From an uncultured Lachnospiraceae bacterium (GTDB lineage: Bacteria; Bacillota; Clostridia; Lachnospirales; Lachnospiraceae), in the NCBI GenBank assembly GCA_947631955.1, contig CANRNJ010000005.1:85544-149543 (forward strand): a stretch of DNA of 64,000 nt. Direction: 5' to 3'. Positions within the stretch are counted from its first letter, which is position 1; each line of letters opens with the position of its first letter. Of the stretch, positions 38,399 through 47,703 are shown piece after piece. The translations under genes and the position numbers were made by a program. Under the pieces are notes generated by a model, which saw only the letters and a list, made by a program, of their open reading frames with translations, did not search any database and was not told the DNA's origin.

Positions 38399-39992
38399 TT
38401 TTGCAGGCTCCGATGATCTCATAGATCCGCTCCATGTCCACATGCTTTCTCACGGCATCCGCCAAAAGATCATACTGGGATTCCTTGAACGCGTGGTATG
38501 CGGCGGTATCCGCTATCGCTTTCTCCAGCCGGTTCCTGTCAAGCCCTTTTTCCACGCCCAGAAGCAGCAGGAGCCTTCCGGTAAATTCATCCGTTTCCAG
38601 AAGTCCGTGGAGATAAGTGCCGAGCACCCTGCCCGCCGCGCAGCCGTCCGCCCTGCCGTCCGACAATATGCTGAACGGAGCGAAGCCTCCCGTATTGCCC
38701 ATCTCCGGTACGCTGCCCGCGCCGTCCGTTCCCGGCGCACCGTCCGCATGATACCGGCTCTCTCCCATATGGATCTCATAGCCGTCCACAGAAAGACCTG
38801 CAAGCGTCCGCCATTCCGGCGGCATACCGCACACCGTGCCCTTTATTCTGGTCCGCCTTTTTTCAGGCGTAAAAGCGGTCGTTATCGGGAGCAGTCCCAT
38901 TCCGCGCACGTCGCCGCCGCCTTCGCTCCCCGTTTCGTCCGTGATCCTGCCGCCAAGCATCTGATAGCCGCCGCAGATGCCGATCAGTCTGCATCCCGCC
39001 GATACTTTGTCCCGTATCGCCGCTTCCAGTCCGGAATCCCGAAGCCACTCCATGTCCCGTATCGTGTTCTTCGTACCCGGCAGCACGATCAGATCTATGC
39101 CGTCCGCACGCTCTATCTGCGCCGCGCTGTCAACATACCGCAGCGACACAAAAGGATATCTCGTCAGAGGGGTGAGATCCGTAAAGTTTGAAAGATGCGG
39201 CAGCCGGATGACCGCGATCCGTATCATGTCCTCCCCGGCCGCCGTCCTATCGGTCCTCTTCCTGTCTTCCAGCTGCTCCGACAGGCTGTCCTCATCGTCT
39301 ATCGTAAGGTTCAGATACGGAAGCACGCCAATCGTCGGGATCCCGCATCTTTCGTACAGCATCTCCGGTCCGGGACTGAGCAGTTTTTCATCGCCCCGGA
39401 ACTTATTGATAATGAAACCTTTGACGCGCCGCCGTTCCTCCTCGTCCATCCATGATACCGTGCCGAGCAGCTGCGCGAACACTCCGCCCCGGTCGATATC
39501 TCCCACGAGAAGCACCGGCGCATCCACCAGTCCGGCCAGTCCCATATTGACGATATCGTCCGCTTTCAGGTTGATCTCCGCCGGACTTCCCGCGCCTTCT
39601 ATCACAATGATATCCGTCTGTTTTTTAAGCTCCTCGTATGCCGACAGGATATCCGGTATCAAGTCTTTTTTCATCCGGAAATATTCCCGCGCCGTGTAGT
39701 TTCCCCGCACCCTGCCGGAAACGATCACCTGCGATCCGACGTCGCTCGTGGGTTTGAGCAGGATCGGATTCATGCATACCGAGGGTTCGATCCCCGCCGC
39801 CTCCGCCTGCATGACCTGCGCGCGCCCCATCTCCAGTCCGTCCTTCGTGATGTAGGAATTCAGCGCCATGTTCTGCGATTTGAAAGGCGCCGCGCGAAAA
39901 CCGTCCTGCTTAAGCACCCGCAGTATCCCCGCCGTCAGCAGACTCTTTCCGGCATTGGACATTGTTCCCTGAATCATCAGATTACCCGCCAT
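38394..39992 (-). CDS. cbiP: Cobyric acid synthase
   Basis: QGTMSNAGKS, PFKSQNM, EGAGSPAEINL, DIDRGG, GICGGYQML, GYEIH, GTYLHG. Confidence 0.96.
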   Translation of the reverse strand: MAGNLMIQGTMSNAGKSLLTAGILRVLKQDGFRAAPFKSQNMALNSYITKDGLEMGRAQVMQAEAAGIEPSVCMNPILLKPTSDVGSQVIVSGRVRGNYTAREYFRMKKDLIPDILSAYEELKKQTDIIVIEGAGSPAEINLKADDIVNMGLAGLVDAPVLLVGDIDRGGVFAQLLGTVSWMDEEERRRVKGFIINKFRGDEKLLSPGPEMLYERCGIPTIGVLPYLNLTIDDEDSLSEQLEDRKRTDRTAAGEDMIRIAVIRLPHLSNFTDLTPLTRYPFVSLRYVDSAAQIERADGIDLIVLPGTKNTIRDMEWLRDSGLEAAIRDKVSAGCRLIGICGGYQMLGGRITDETGSEGGGDVRGMGLLPITTAFTPEKRRTRIKGTVCGMPPEWRTLAGLSVDGYEIHMGESRYHADGAPGTDGAGSVPEMGNTGGFAPFSILSDGRADGCAAGRVLGTYLHGLLETDEFTGRLLLLLGVEKGLDRNRLEKAIADTAAYHAFKESQYDLLADAVRKHVDMERIYEIIGACKS

Positions 39993-40072
39993 AATGATCT
40001 CCGTTCTATCTTTCCAGTATTTTTGCCCCTTCGCTCAGGCCGATGCGGCTCCGGCCCAGACAATGATCTGAC

Positions 40073-41065
40073 TCAGGCAGCCGCGGCGCCGATCAGGACG
40101 AGGACCGCCACGCAGAGGACCCACGTCGATATGGATGCGGCGTACAGCAGCTTGTTGGCCCTGACGATATCCTGCGGTTCGATCGGCCGGGTATCATCAC
40201 CGATATACGGTTTCTCTGTTTTCCGGCCAAAATACCATGCGTCGCCCGCCAGACGCACGCCCAGCGCACCGGCGCAGACCGACTCCGTCTGTGCGGAATT
40301 GGGGCTTGCATGGCGATAGCGGTCGCGGCAGAAGATGCGCCACGCTCCGCGGGCGGAAAAATCTTTTTTAGGTTTACATAATATGCTTCCCCAGATCATG
40401 AGAAGCGCCGCTGCGCGGCTTGGCAGATAATTGGCCGCATCATCCAGTCTGGCCGCGCACCTGCCGAAATCCAAATAGGTTTCGTTCTTGTATCCAAACA
40501 TGGAATCCATGGTATTGACCGTCTTATACAACACGCCAAACAGCGCCCCGCCGACCGCCAGATACAGCATGGGCGCAACGGCCCCGTCGGAAGTGTTTTC
40601 CGCCACCGTTTCCACCGCCGCCCTCGTGATCCCGTCACGGTCAAGCCTTTGGGTATCCCTTCCGACGATCATAGACACGGCAAGGCGCGCTTTGGGGATA
40701 TCGTCTTCGCACAGCGCCCGGTATACTTTCATGCTCTCGTCTTTCAGGCATTTTACGGACAACATCTGATAACAGAGAATACTCTCCAGCGCGATGCCCG
40801 CCAGACGGTGGATATGATAGGCCGCCGAGAGTGCGGCAAACGTCACGCCGCCGGTCAGAAGCAGCATGACGGCTGCAAGGAGAGCGCCGCGCCTTCTCTT
40901 GACCGCCCCGCTGTCTTTGTCCCGTCTAAGACGCTTGTCCAGCCATCCTGCCGCGGCGCCGATCCATCTGACGGGATGCGGCAGTCTGTAGGGATCGCCG
41001 AACAGCAGATCGAGCATAAACCCCACGCTCAGGCACACGATACGGTTTGCGATAACAGTTTCCAT
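40073..41065 (-). CDS. cbiB: Adenosylcobinamide-phosphate synthase
   Basis: GDPYRLPHPV, IVGRDT, AENTSDG, VNTMDSM, SPNSAQTE. Confidence 0.95.
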   Translation of the reverse strand: METVIANRIVCLSVGFMLDLLFGDPYRLPHPVRWIGAAAGWLDKRLRRDKDSGAVKRRRGALLAAVMLLLTGGVTFAALSAAYHIHRLAGIALESILCYQMLSVKCLKDESMKVYRALCEDDIPKARLAVSMIVGRDTQRLDRDGITRAAVETVAENTSDGAVAPMLYLAVGGALFGVLYKTVNTMDSMFGYKNETYLDFGRCAARLDDAANYLPSRAAALLMIWGSILCKPKKDFSARGAWRIFCRDRYRHASPNSAQTESVCAGALGVRLAGDAWYFGRKTEKPYIGDDTRPIEPQDIVRANKLLYAASISTWVLCVAVLVLIGAAAA

Positions 41066-41071
41066 CTCCCT

Positions 41072-42076
41072 CTATATCCTCCCGATGCGTTTCTCGATCG
41101 TCATGCGGTGCAGGCTCCCGTCGCCCGCGATCTCCGCTTTGCACAGATACCCGGTCCCGTTGGCGCACCGATATTCATGAGGATTCCGCCGTGGCTGTGC
41201 ATACCTACTCAGGATCCCCATGATGACCCCGCCGTGCACGATAAATGCGGCGTCTGCGGCAAGCGTCGGCAGCAGCCGTTCAAAGGCCTGTCCGCAGCGG
41301 TCTGCGGTCTGTTTCATGGATTCTCCCTGCGGAAACGGATCGCGGCCGCCGCTGTCGATCCATGCCTGATACCGGTCACGGTATTTTTCCAAAGACATCA
41401 GTTCCTCATAATTCCTGTACTCAAACAGGCCGAAATCCGTTTCCCGAAACGCTTCCACCGCCTGCGGTTCCAGATCCGGATAGATCTGCGCCGCCGTCTG
41501 CACGCATCTTTTCAAAGGACTGGTAAAGACCTGCCGCACTTTGGGATACAGCCCGTCCTGCCGGAAACTCTCTATCTCGGCCGCCCCTTCCTCACAGAGG
41601 GCCTCGTCCGTTGTGCCCACATACCTCTTCTCCAAATTGCCGCGGGTGGTTCCATGGCGGACAAAAGCGATCCGCACCGTGCGTTTGATCGTCTGCCCGA
41701 CGCCGCAGCAGACTCTTTCCACTGTTTCGGCCTCGTCTGCAAGTTTACATAATATTCTCCCCACGCACTCCCGGTAGTCCCGCTGCGCCTTTTCAATCGG
41801 CACGATGCCGCCGCCCACCTCGTCGCATATCAAAATGAGATCAGGGCAGTCCAGCGTCAATCCGCGGATATACCGCCATATGGTTTCTTCCTGTTCATCG
41901 ACCGGCCGCACGGGATCCATCATTTCCCGGATAATATTATGTAAACCATCGATGCAGCTCATGCCTTCTGTCTGCACGGGATACTTCCCCGGCCGGATCC
42001 GGTCGTCTTCCACCCGATATTTTGCTTTGACATAATCTTTTTTGCCCTGATAGGCGCCCCCGATCACAAGACGCAT
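41072..42076 (-). CDS. Fusion: short CobU-like domain + histidine phosphatase (CobC-like)
   Basis: N-terminal MRLVIGGAYQGK...DEVGGGIVP...GRILCKLA...CCG; C-terminal VRHGTT, SPLKRCVQTA, ETDFG, GES, VHGGVI. Confidence 0.85.
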   Translation of the reverse strand: MRLVIGGAYQGKKDYVKAKYRVEDDRIRPGKYPVQTEGMSCIDGLHNIIREMMDPVRPVDEQEETIWRYIRGLTLDCPDLILICDEVGGGIVPIEKAQRDYRECVGRILCKLADEAETVERVCCGVGQTIKRTVRIAFVRHGTTRGNLEKRYVGTTDEALCEEGAAEIESFRQDGLYPKVRQVFTSPLKRCVQTAAQIYPDLEPQAVEAFRETDFGLFEYRNYEELMSLEKYRDRYQAWIDSGGRDPFPQGESMKQTADRCGQAFERLLPTLAADAAFIVHGGVIMGILSRYAQPRRNPHEYRCANGTGYLCKAEIAGDGSLHRMTIEKRIGRI

Positions 42077-42089
42077 GACCGACTCCTTT

Positions 42090-44891
42090 CTATCTGCCTT
42101 CGTTCTTCAGCCGTTCCACATACGCCGTCACTTCCTCGGAAGCATCCGACATCAGATAATTCCGATCTCCCGGCGCGCCCGTTCGGCCATCCAGAAACAT
42201 CTGCCGCAGTTCCTCTCCGGCCGCCATCACTTCTTCCCGGAACTCCGCCGCGGACACCCGTACCGCACCGGCGCCCATGATGATCAGCTGTTCAAGGCCG
42301 TCGGATGTGGCCACGCGGACATGATGCTTCCTGCCGATCTCATGCGTTACTTTCTCGATATATTGATCCGCTGTTTCCGCTTCCTTAGTGTACACCACAT
42401 CGATATTGTGGTAACGCTGCGTGCTCCCCGGATTTCCCTTGACCTTATAGGCGTCAAACACAAGGATCAGCCGCATCCTGCGGTATCCCTGATAATTGCT
42501 CAGTATGTCCATCAGGCGGCCGCGCGCGCCGTCCAGACTGGTCTTGGCCAGTTCGTTCAAAAAATCCCATGCAAAAATGATATTGTAACCGTCCACAAGC
42601 AGATATTCTTCCTGCGGATATCCATCCGCTCTTTTGGGCGAGCGGCCGCCATTTCCGCCGTTTTCCGGTCCGGCGCCGTCTGATCCAGAAGCGCTCTGGA
42701 TCGTTTTCGCCCATCCCTGTTTCTTCCGCTCCTTCGTCCCGTATGTGCGATTCATGATCTCGTCGATCTCTTCCTGTGAGATGAAATCCACGGCCGTGCT
42801 GCCCGAAGGCGTTCCGGCAGGCTTTTTTTCCTGTTTTTCCCCGTCCGCCGTCCCAAAGACACCGGGCAGGTGCATATAGTCTTCGACCTGATCCCAATCC
42901 ACGTTAAAGCCCGCCCCGTGGGCACAGAATACCGATCCGCACGGATTCTGCATATCGCGCCCGGCCTCATAGCCGATCTCTTCTATGACCTGTGCGGCGT
43001 TATGGCAAGGCTCGTATCCTTTAAACGCGATGTGGAATCTGCCCTTTCCACCCGAATAGGCCAGCACCTGCGCCTGATAACCGGCTATCTCGGAAGCCGG
43101 AACCGTTCCCCTTAAGACCGCCGTTTCTCCTGCCGTATCCGGCGCGTCAAAGCGGCCGGATCTTGCTTGGATATCCGTCATTCCGCGCCCGATCAGGGCT
43201 GCCGGAAGTTCCAGACTGAAAGCATAGACCGGCTCCAGCAGGACGCTCTGCGCCCTGCACAGGCCCTGTCTGACAGCCCGGTAAGTCGCCTGCCTGAAAT
43301 CGCCGCCCTCGGTATGCTTGATATGGGCCCGCCCTGCCACAAGCGTGATCCGTATATCCGTAACGGGCGAGCCGGTCAGCACGCCCACATGCTTTTTTTC
43401 CTCCAGATGCGTCAACACCAGCCGCTGCCAGTTCCGATCCAGTTCATCCTCGCTGCACCGCGACGCGCAGACGACCCCGCTGCCCGGTTCGCCCGGCTCC
43501 AGCAGCAGGTGCACCTCCGCATAATGCCGGAGAGGCTCGTAATGCCCCACGCCTTCCACGGTCGAGGCGATGGTTTCTTTATACACGATGCTGCCCTCGT
43601 CGAAATCGATCTTTGTCCCGAACCGCTCCTTCATAATATTGCGCAGTATCTCCAGCTGCACTTCGCCCATCAGCTGCGCCTGAATCTCGCCCGCCTGCTC
43701 GTTCCAGACGATATGCAGCTGCGGCTCCTCCTCTTCAAGTTGACATAACTCTTTATAAGCCCGGTGCATATCGCACCCTTCCGGCAGCGCCACCCGGTAA
43801 GTCATGACCGGCTCCAGCAGCGGCGGCGTGCTTCTGCCTTCCTCCGCTCCCAGCCCTTGGCCGCAGTATGTGGCCGCCGGGCTCGTCAGCGCGCAGATCG
43901 TCCCGGCGCAGACCTCCTGTTTCGTCGTATACTTTTCTCCGGAATAAATGCGTATCTGATCGACCTTTTCCTCCGCGGCGGACTCGGCGCCGCCGTTTCG
44001 TCCCTCCGCTGCGCCCTTTTGTTCCTTCGTCCCGCGGTCGTAAGTCCGTATCGTCTGCTTGACCTTAAGCGTTCCGCCCGTGATCTTGACATAAGTCAGA
44101 CGGGTCCCCTGCGCATCTCTGGCGATCTTGTAGACGCGGGCGCCAAAATCCTGTGTATAGGACGGCATCCGCGAATATTCGTACAGCCCGTCCAACAGTT
44201 CCTCCACGCCTTCGGCTTTTAAGGCCGAGCCGAAATAACACGGAAAAACCCTGCGCTGCGCCACAAGGGACGCGATCGTATCCCGGTCGATCACGGTTTC
44301 GGCGCGTCCCGCAGCCCCTTTTTGGCTCTCTTCATCGCCCGTCACTATCTCCAGATACCGCTCCAGAAGTTCCTCGTCGCAGACCGCGATCTCCTCATAA
44401 AACGCGGCGTCCCTGTTTCCGAACGGCACGCACCGCACGCTCAGTTTTTCTTTCAGCTCCTTCAGGAGCGCGTCGGCATCCGTACCCGGCTGATCCATCT
44501 TGTTGATAAAAAGAAAGACCGGCACGCGGTATCTCGCAAGCAGCTTCCACAGAGTCAGCACATGCCCCTGAACGCCGTCCGCGCCGCTTATAACGAGCAC
44601 CGCATAATCCAGAACCGGCAGCGTCCGCTCTGTTTCCGCCGCGAAATCCACATGCCCCGGCGTATCCAGCAGGACGATCTCCATATCCTGCCATTGGATC
44701 CGCGCCTGTTTGGAAAAGATCGTGATGCCCCGGTCGCGTTCCTGCCGGTCCGTGTCAAGGAACGCATCCCCATGATCGACGCGTCCCATCCTGCGGATGC
44801 TTCCGCCCGTATATAACATGCTTTCCGCCAGCGTTGTCTTTCCGGCGTCTACATGGGCCAAAATGCCCACAACCAGTTTCTTATCGCTCAT
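42090..44891 (-). CDS. EF-G/TetM-like translational GTPase fused to YacP-like NYN RNase domain
   Basis: AHVDAGKTT, RGITI, DTPGH, NKMD, HTEGGDF; C-terminal LLVDGYN...VFDA...ETADQYIE...VATSD. Confidence 0.9.
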   Translation of the reverse strand: MSDKKLVVGILAHVDAGKTTLAESMLYTGGSIRRMGRVDHGDAFLDTDRQERDRGITIFSKQARIQWQDMEIVLLDTPGHVDFAAETERTLPVLDYAVLVISGADGVQGHVLTLWKLLARYRVPVFLFINKMDQPGTDADALLKELKEKLSVRCVPFGNRDAAFYEEIAVCDEELLERYLEIVTGDEESQKGAAGRAETVIDRDTIASLVAQRRVFPCYFGSALKAEGVEELLDGLYEYSRMPSYTQDFGARVYKIARDAQGTRLTYVKITGGTLKVKQTIRTYDRGTKEQKGAAEGRNGGAESAAEEKVDQIRIYSGEKYTTKQEVCAGTICALTSPAATYCGQGLGAEEGRSTPPLLEPVMTYRVALPEGCDMHRAYKELCQLEEEEPQLHIVWNEQAGEIQAQLMGEVQLEILRNIMKERFGTKIDFDEGSIVYKETIASTVEGVGHYEPLRHYAEVHLLLEPGEPGSGVVCASRCSEDELDRNWQRLVLTHLEEKKHVGVLTGSPVTDIRITLVAGRAHIKHTEGGDFRQATYRAVRQGLCRAQSVLLEPVYAFSLELPAALIGRGMTDIQARSGRFDAPDTAGETAVLRGTVPASEIAGYQAQVLAYSGGKGRFHIAFKGYEPCHNAAQVIEEIGYEAGRDMQNPCGSVFCAHGAGFNVDWDQVEDYMHLPGVFGTADGEKQEKKPAGTPSGSTAVDFISQEEIDEIMNRTYGTKERKKQGWAKTIQSASGSDGAGPENGGNGGRSPKRADGYPQEEYLLVDGYNIIFAWDFLNELAKTSLDGARGRLMDILSNYQGYRRMRLILVFDAYKVKGNPGSTQRYHNIDVVYTKEAETADQYIEKVTHEIGRKHHVRVATSDGLEQLIIMGAGAVRVSAAEFREEVMAAGEELRQMFLDGRTGAPGDRNYLMSDASEEVTAYVERLKNEGR

Positions 44892-44911
44892 ATCCGCTCT
44901 TTTCTTTTAGT

Positions 44912-45679
44912 TTACATAATTCTTCCCATCATGCCGATCAGGATCACGCACACCAGTTCGCACAGACACAGGAAATATCCTGCCAGATCCCCCGTGATGC
45001 CGTCCAACTGCTTAATGGACATGTAATAATAGTATGTCCAGACCCACATGACCGCAAGCGACACCACCGCGCCGATCAGCGGCTGAATAAGAACAGCTGT
45101 TATGAAACACAGCGCGAGCACGACCGCAAGCACGACCCGCACCGTGCGCTTTTTTGCCATGGATGCAAAAGAATACAGGACGCCGTCTTTTTTGGCGGCC
45201 GGAAACCACACCATCCCCATGCCGCTCAGCGTTCTGGACATGACAAAACTCAGCCCCAGAAGAAGAAGCTGTTCCTTTTTCCAGATCAGCACCAGACCCG
45301 CACAATACATCATCATAAAACAGATTCCCGAAACCACCGCAAAAGCGCCCACATGAGGATCCCTCAGGATCTCCAGTTTCTTTTCCTTTTTGGCGTAAGA
45401 GTGCAGAGCGTCCGCCGTATCCAAAAAACCGTCCAGATGTATGCCGCCCGTCACCGTGATCGGCAGCACAGCCCCGATCAGCCCGAAGCAGACCTGCCCG
45501 AATCCGCAGGCGCTGCAGAGCACACTCCACGCATAGAGCAGCACGCCGATCATCACTCCAACGACCGGGAAAAAACAGATCGCATACTGCATGTTCTTTT
45601 TGTTCCACTCCACCTTTGGCATCGGTATTCTGGAATACATTCCGACCGCTATGATAAGCCCGTTTATAACAGATTTCAT
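44912..45679 (-). CDS. cobS: Adenosylcobinamide-GDP ribazoletransferase
   Basis: TGGIHLDGFLDTADA, LRDPHVGAF, GITGDLAG. Confidence 0.95.
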   Translation of the reverse strand: MKSVINGLIIAVGMYSRIPMPKVEWNKKNMQYAICFFPVVGVMIGVLLYAWSVLCSACGFGQVCFGLIGAVLPITVTGGIHLDGFLDTADALHSYAKKEKKLEILRDPHVGAFAVVSGICFMMMYCAGLVLIWKKEQLLLLGLSFVMSRTLSGMGMVWFPAAKKDGVLYSFASMAKKRTVRVVLAVVLALCFITAVLIQPLIGAVVSLAVMWVWTYYYYMSIKQLDGITGDLAGYFLCLCELVCVILIGMMGRIM

Positions 45680-45794
45680 ATAGTGACCCCCTTACCTTGA
45701 CCGCAGCCATTACGGCCGCATTACCTTCATTTTGATCTCCGTTCCGAAAATTTCACAGATCCCTGTGTGAAAAATCAGCGCATCGCGCAGTCTT

Positions 45795-46394
45795 TCACAC
45801 GATCTTCATCGGTATGGTATAGACCACTTCCACCGCTTCGTCAGCCGCCTCTGCAAGTCTTCGGTTAATGGCTCCCAAGTTTTTTATGTAATCTTGCGTT
45901 TCTTTGTCGTAAGTGCACCCGTCCGCAAAGACATCATTTGTGACAACGATAAGATTTTTGGTCTGCCGGACAAGAACGGATATGCCGGACAGGATCTTCT
46001 CCACCACGTCCGCCCCGGTTTTCTCCGGCTGCGTCCCCGCTTCCGATTCCATCGGACACCTATCCGATCCTGCGCAAGACGGCCGGGCGTCCGGCGAAAA
46101 CATCTCGTTGGCGAGCAGATTCGACATACATTCCAGAAGGATCGTTGCCTCCCGGCACTCTTTTGGTCCGATCATTCCCACAAGATCCTCAATGTTCCGA
46201 TAACATTCCAGAGTCCGGAACCCTTTGCCGGACCGCAGCCTGCGGTGCCGCTCTATTCGTGCTTCCGCGTCCCTTCCGTACGGTTCCATGGCCGCCGCAT
46301 AGTACAGCTTTCCGCCCTCGGCCAGCCGGGCCGCCCTGTTCTCAGCATATTCGGATTTCCCGCTCCCGCTCACTCCCACGACAACCGCAAACAT
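45795..46394 (-). CDS. cobU: Adenosylcobinamide kinase/phosphate guanylyltransferase
   Basis: GVSGSGKSEYAE, RIERHR, LECMSNLLANE, VVTND. Confidence 0.9.
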   Translation of the reverse strand: MFAVVVGVSGSGKSEYAENRAARLAEGGKLYYAAAMEPYGRDAEARIERHRRLRSGKGFRTLECYRNIEDLVGMIGPKECREATILLECMSNLLANEMFSPDARPSCAGSDRCPMESEAGTQPEKTGADVVEKILSGISVLVRQTKNLIVVTNDVFADGCTYDKETQDYIKNLGAINRRLAEAADEAVEVVYTIPMKIV

Positions 46395-46419
46395 CGGTAG
46401 TTCTCCTCTCCCCGCCGCT

Positions 46420-47496
46420 TCACTGACAGCGTTTATAGGCCTCTATCGCCATCTGTTCAAACGAATCGTTCAGCCGGTACACGGCAAGCGCCATATCGAT
46501 CAGGGGAAAAAGCGCCGCCGCGCCCGTTCCCTCCCCCAATGCCATATCCGCATGGATCACCGGATGCAGCCCCAGCGCATCCATCATGGCTTCCGCCGAA
46601 GGTTCCCGGCTCATATGCGAGGCGATCAAATAATCCTTTACACCCGGCACCAACCGTTCGGCTGCAAGGGCCGCCGCCGCCGTGATCATGCCGTCCAGTA
46701 CCACAGGCACATGAAAAAGCGCTCCCCCGATCATGATCCCTGCAAGTCCCGCGATGTCCAGTCCGCCCACAGCCGTAAGCGCCGTCATGGCATCCGCATG
46801 GTACAGGCCGTACCGTTCGACCGCCCGCGCTATGACCGCCTTCTTGCGGGCAAATCCCAGATCATCCAGCCCGGCGCCGCGCCCTGCCGTTTCGTCCGCC
46901 GTGCGGTGGAGAAGGGCGCAGCACACGGCCGCAGCCGTCGTCGTGTTGCCGATCCCCATCTCGCCGCAGCCAAGTATCCGGTACCCTTCTGCACAACATT
47001 CTTCGACCCAACCGATCCCTTCGTTGATCGCTGCAAGAGCTTCCGCCTCGGTCATGGCCGGTTCTACGGCAAAATTTCTCGTGCCGGGCCGGATCTTCCG
47101 CTTTCGGATCCCTTTGTGGTCCATGTCGGCGCGTATGCCGATATCCGTAACGAACACGTCGGTCCCGGACACTGACGCCATGTGGTTGACACTGGAGCGC
47201 CCGGACGCTATATTGGCCGCTACCAAAGCCGTTACCTCGTCGGAAGTCTGGCTGACGCCCTCCTCCACGATGCCGTTATCCGCGCACATCACCAAAATGG
47301 CCCTCTTCTGTACCTGAACATCGGCAGTCTTCTGTATCCCCGCAATGCGCACAAGGATCTGTTCCAGCTGACCCAGTCCGTCGAGGGGCTTGGCTATGGC
47401 ATCCAGCCTGACGCGCGCCTTTTCCATTGCGTCCGCGTCAGGCGGCTCGATCTTTAGTTTACATAAATCATCCAGACTCCCGATCTTATCATGCAT
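46420..47496 (-). CDS. cobT: Nicotinate-nucleotide:dimethylbenzimidazole phosphoribosyltransferase
   Basis: AKPLDGLGQLE, CADNG, GEMGIGNTT, GEGTGA. Confidence 0.96.
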   Translation of the reverse strand: MHDKIGSLDDLCKLKIEPPDADAMEKARVRLDAIAKPLDGLGQLEQILVRIAGIQKTADVQVQKRAILVMCADNGIVEEGVSQTSDEVTALVAANIASGRSSVNHMASVSGTDVFVTDIGIRADMDHKGIRKRKIRPGTRNFAVEPAMTEAEALAAINEGIGWVEECCAEGYRILGCGEMGIGNTTTAAAVCCALLHRTADETAGRGAGLDDLGFARKKAVIARAVERYGLYHADAMTALTAVGGLDIAGLAGIMIGGALFHVPVVLDGMITAAAALAAERLVPGVKDYLIASHMSREPSAEAMMDALGLHPVIHADMALGEGTGAAALFPLIDMALAVYRLNDSFEQMAIEAYKRCQ

Positions 47497-47533
47497 ATTT
47501 CTCTCCGTAATTTTTCACACTAATCCCTATTCC

Positions 47534-47610
47534 GGAGCGTTCTCGCGACGGAGGCCAGAAGTAAATTCCTTCGGAATCAACTTCGCCATCAGAGGGATTT
47601 GTGATGCTCC
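47534..47610. repeat. Dispersed structured intergenic element, copy 2
   Basis: GGAGCGTTCTCGCGACGG...GCCATCAGAGGGATTTGTGATGCTCC; see 2949..3019. Confidence 0.75.
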
Positions 47611-47703
47611 TGTAAAACCTGCTGCTTTACCGCCTTACCCATTTATATTTATGTCCGCTCCGGCCGTTTTACGCCCCTGCGCTGCAAGTCTTTGTTTATT
47701 TTA

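Noticed and set aside
42090-44891. Calling it tetM/tetO/tetW
   Set aside because: Much longer than Tet proteins, carries an NYN domain and sits in a housekeeping context; resistance is unsupported.
45747-45775. TTTCACAG..TGTGTGAAAAAT palindrome, echoing GTGTGAAAAA/TTTTTCACAC next to the two structured elements
   Set aside because: Short, and present on only one, opposite, side of each copy, so it cannot be called a terminal inverted repeat.
47534-47610. Element upstream of cobT as a cobalamin riboswitch
   Set aside because: No recognisable B12-box motifs, too short, and a second copy precedes an unrelated gene.
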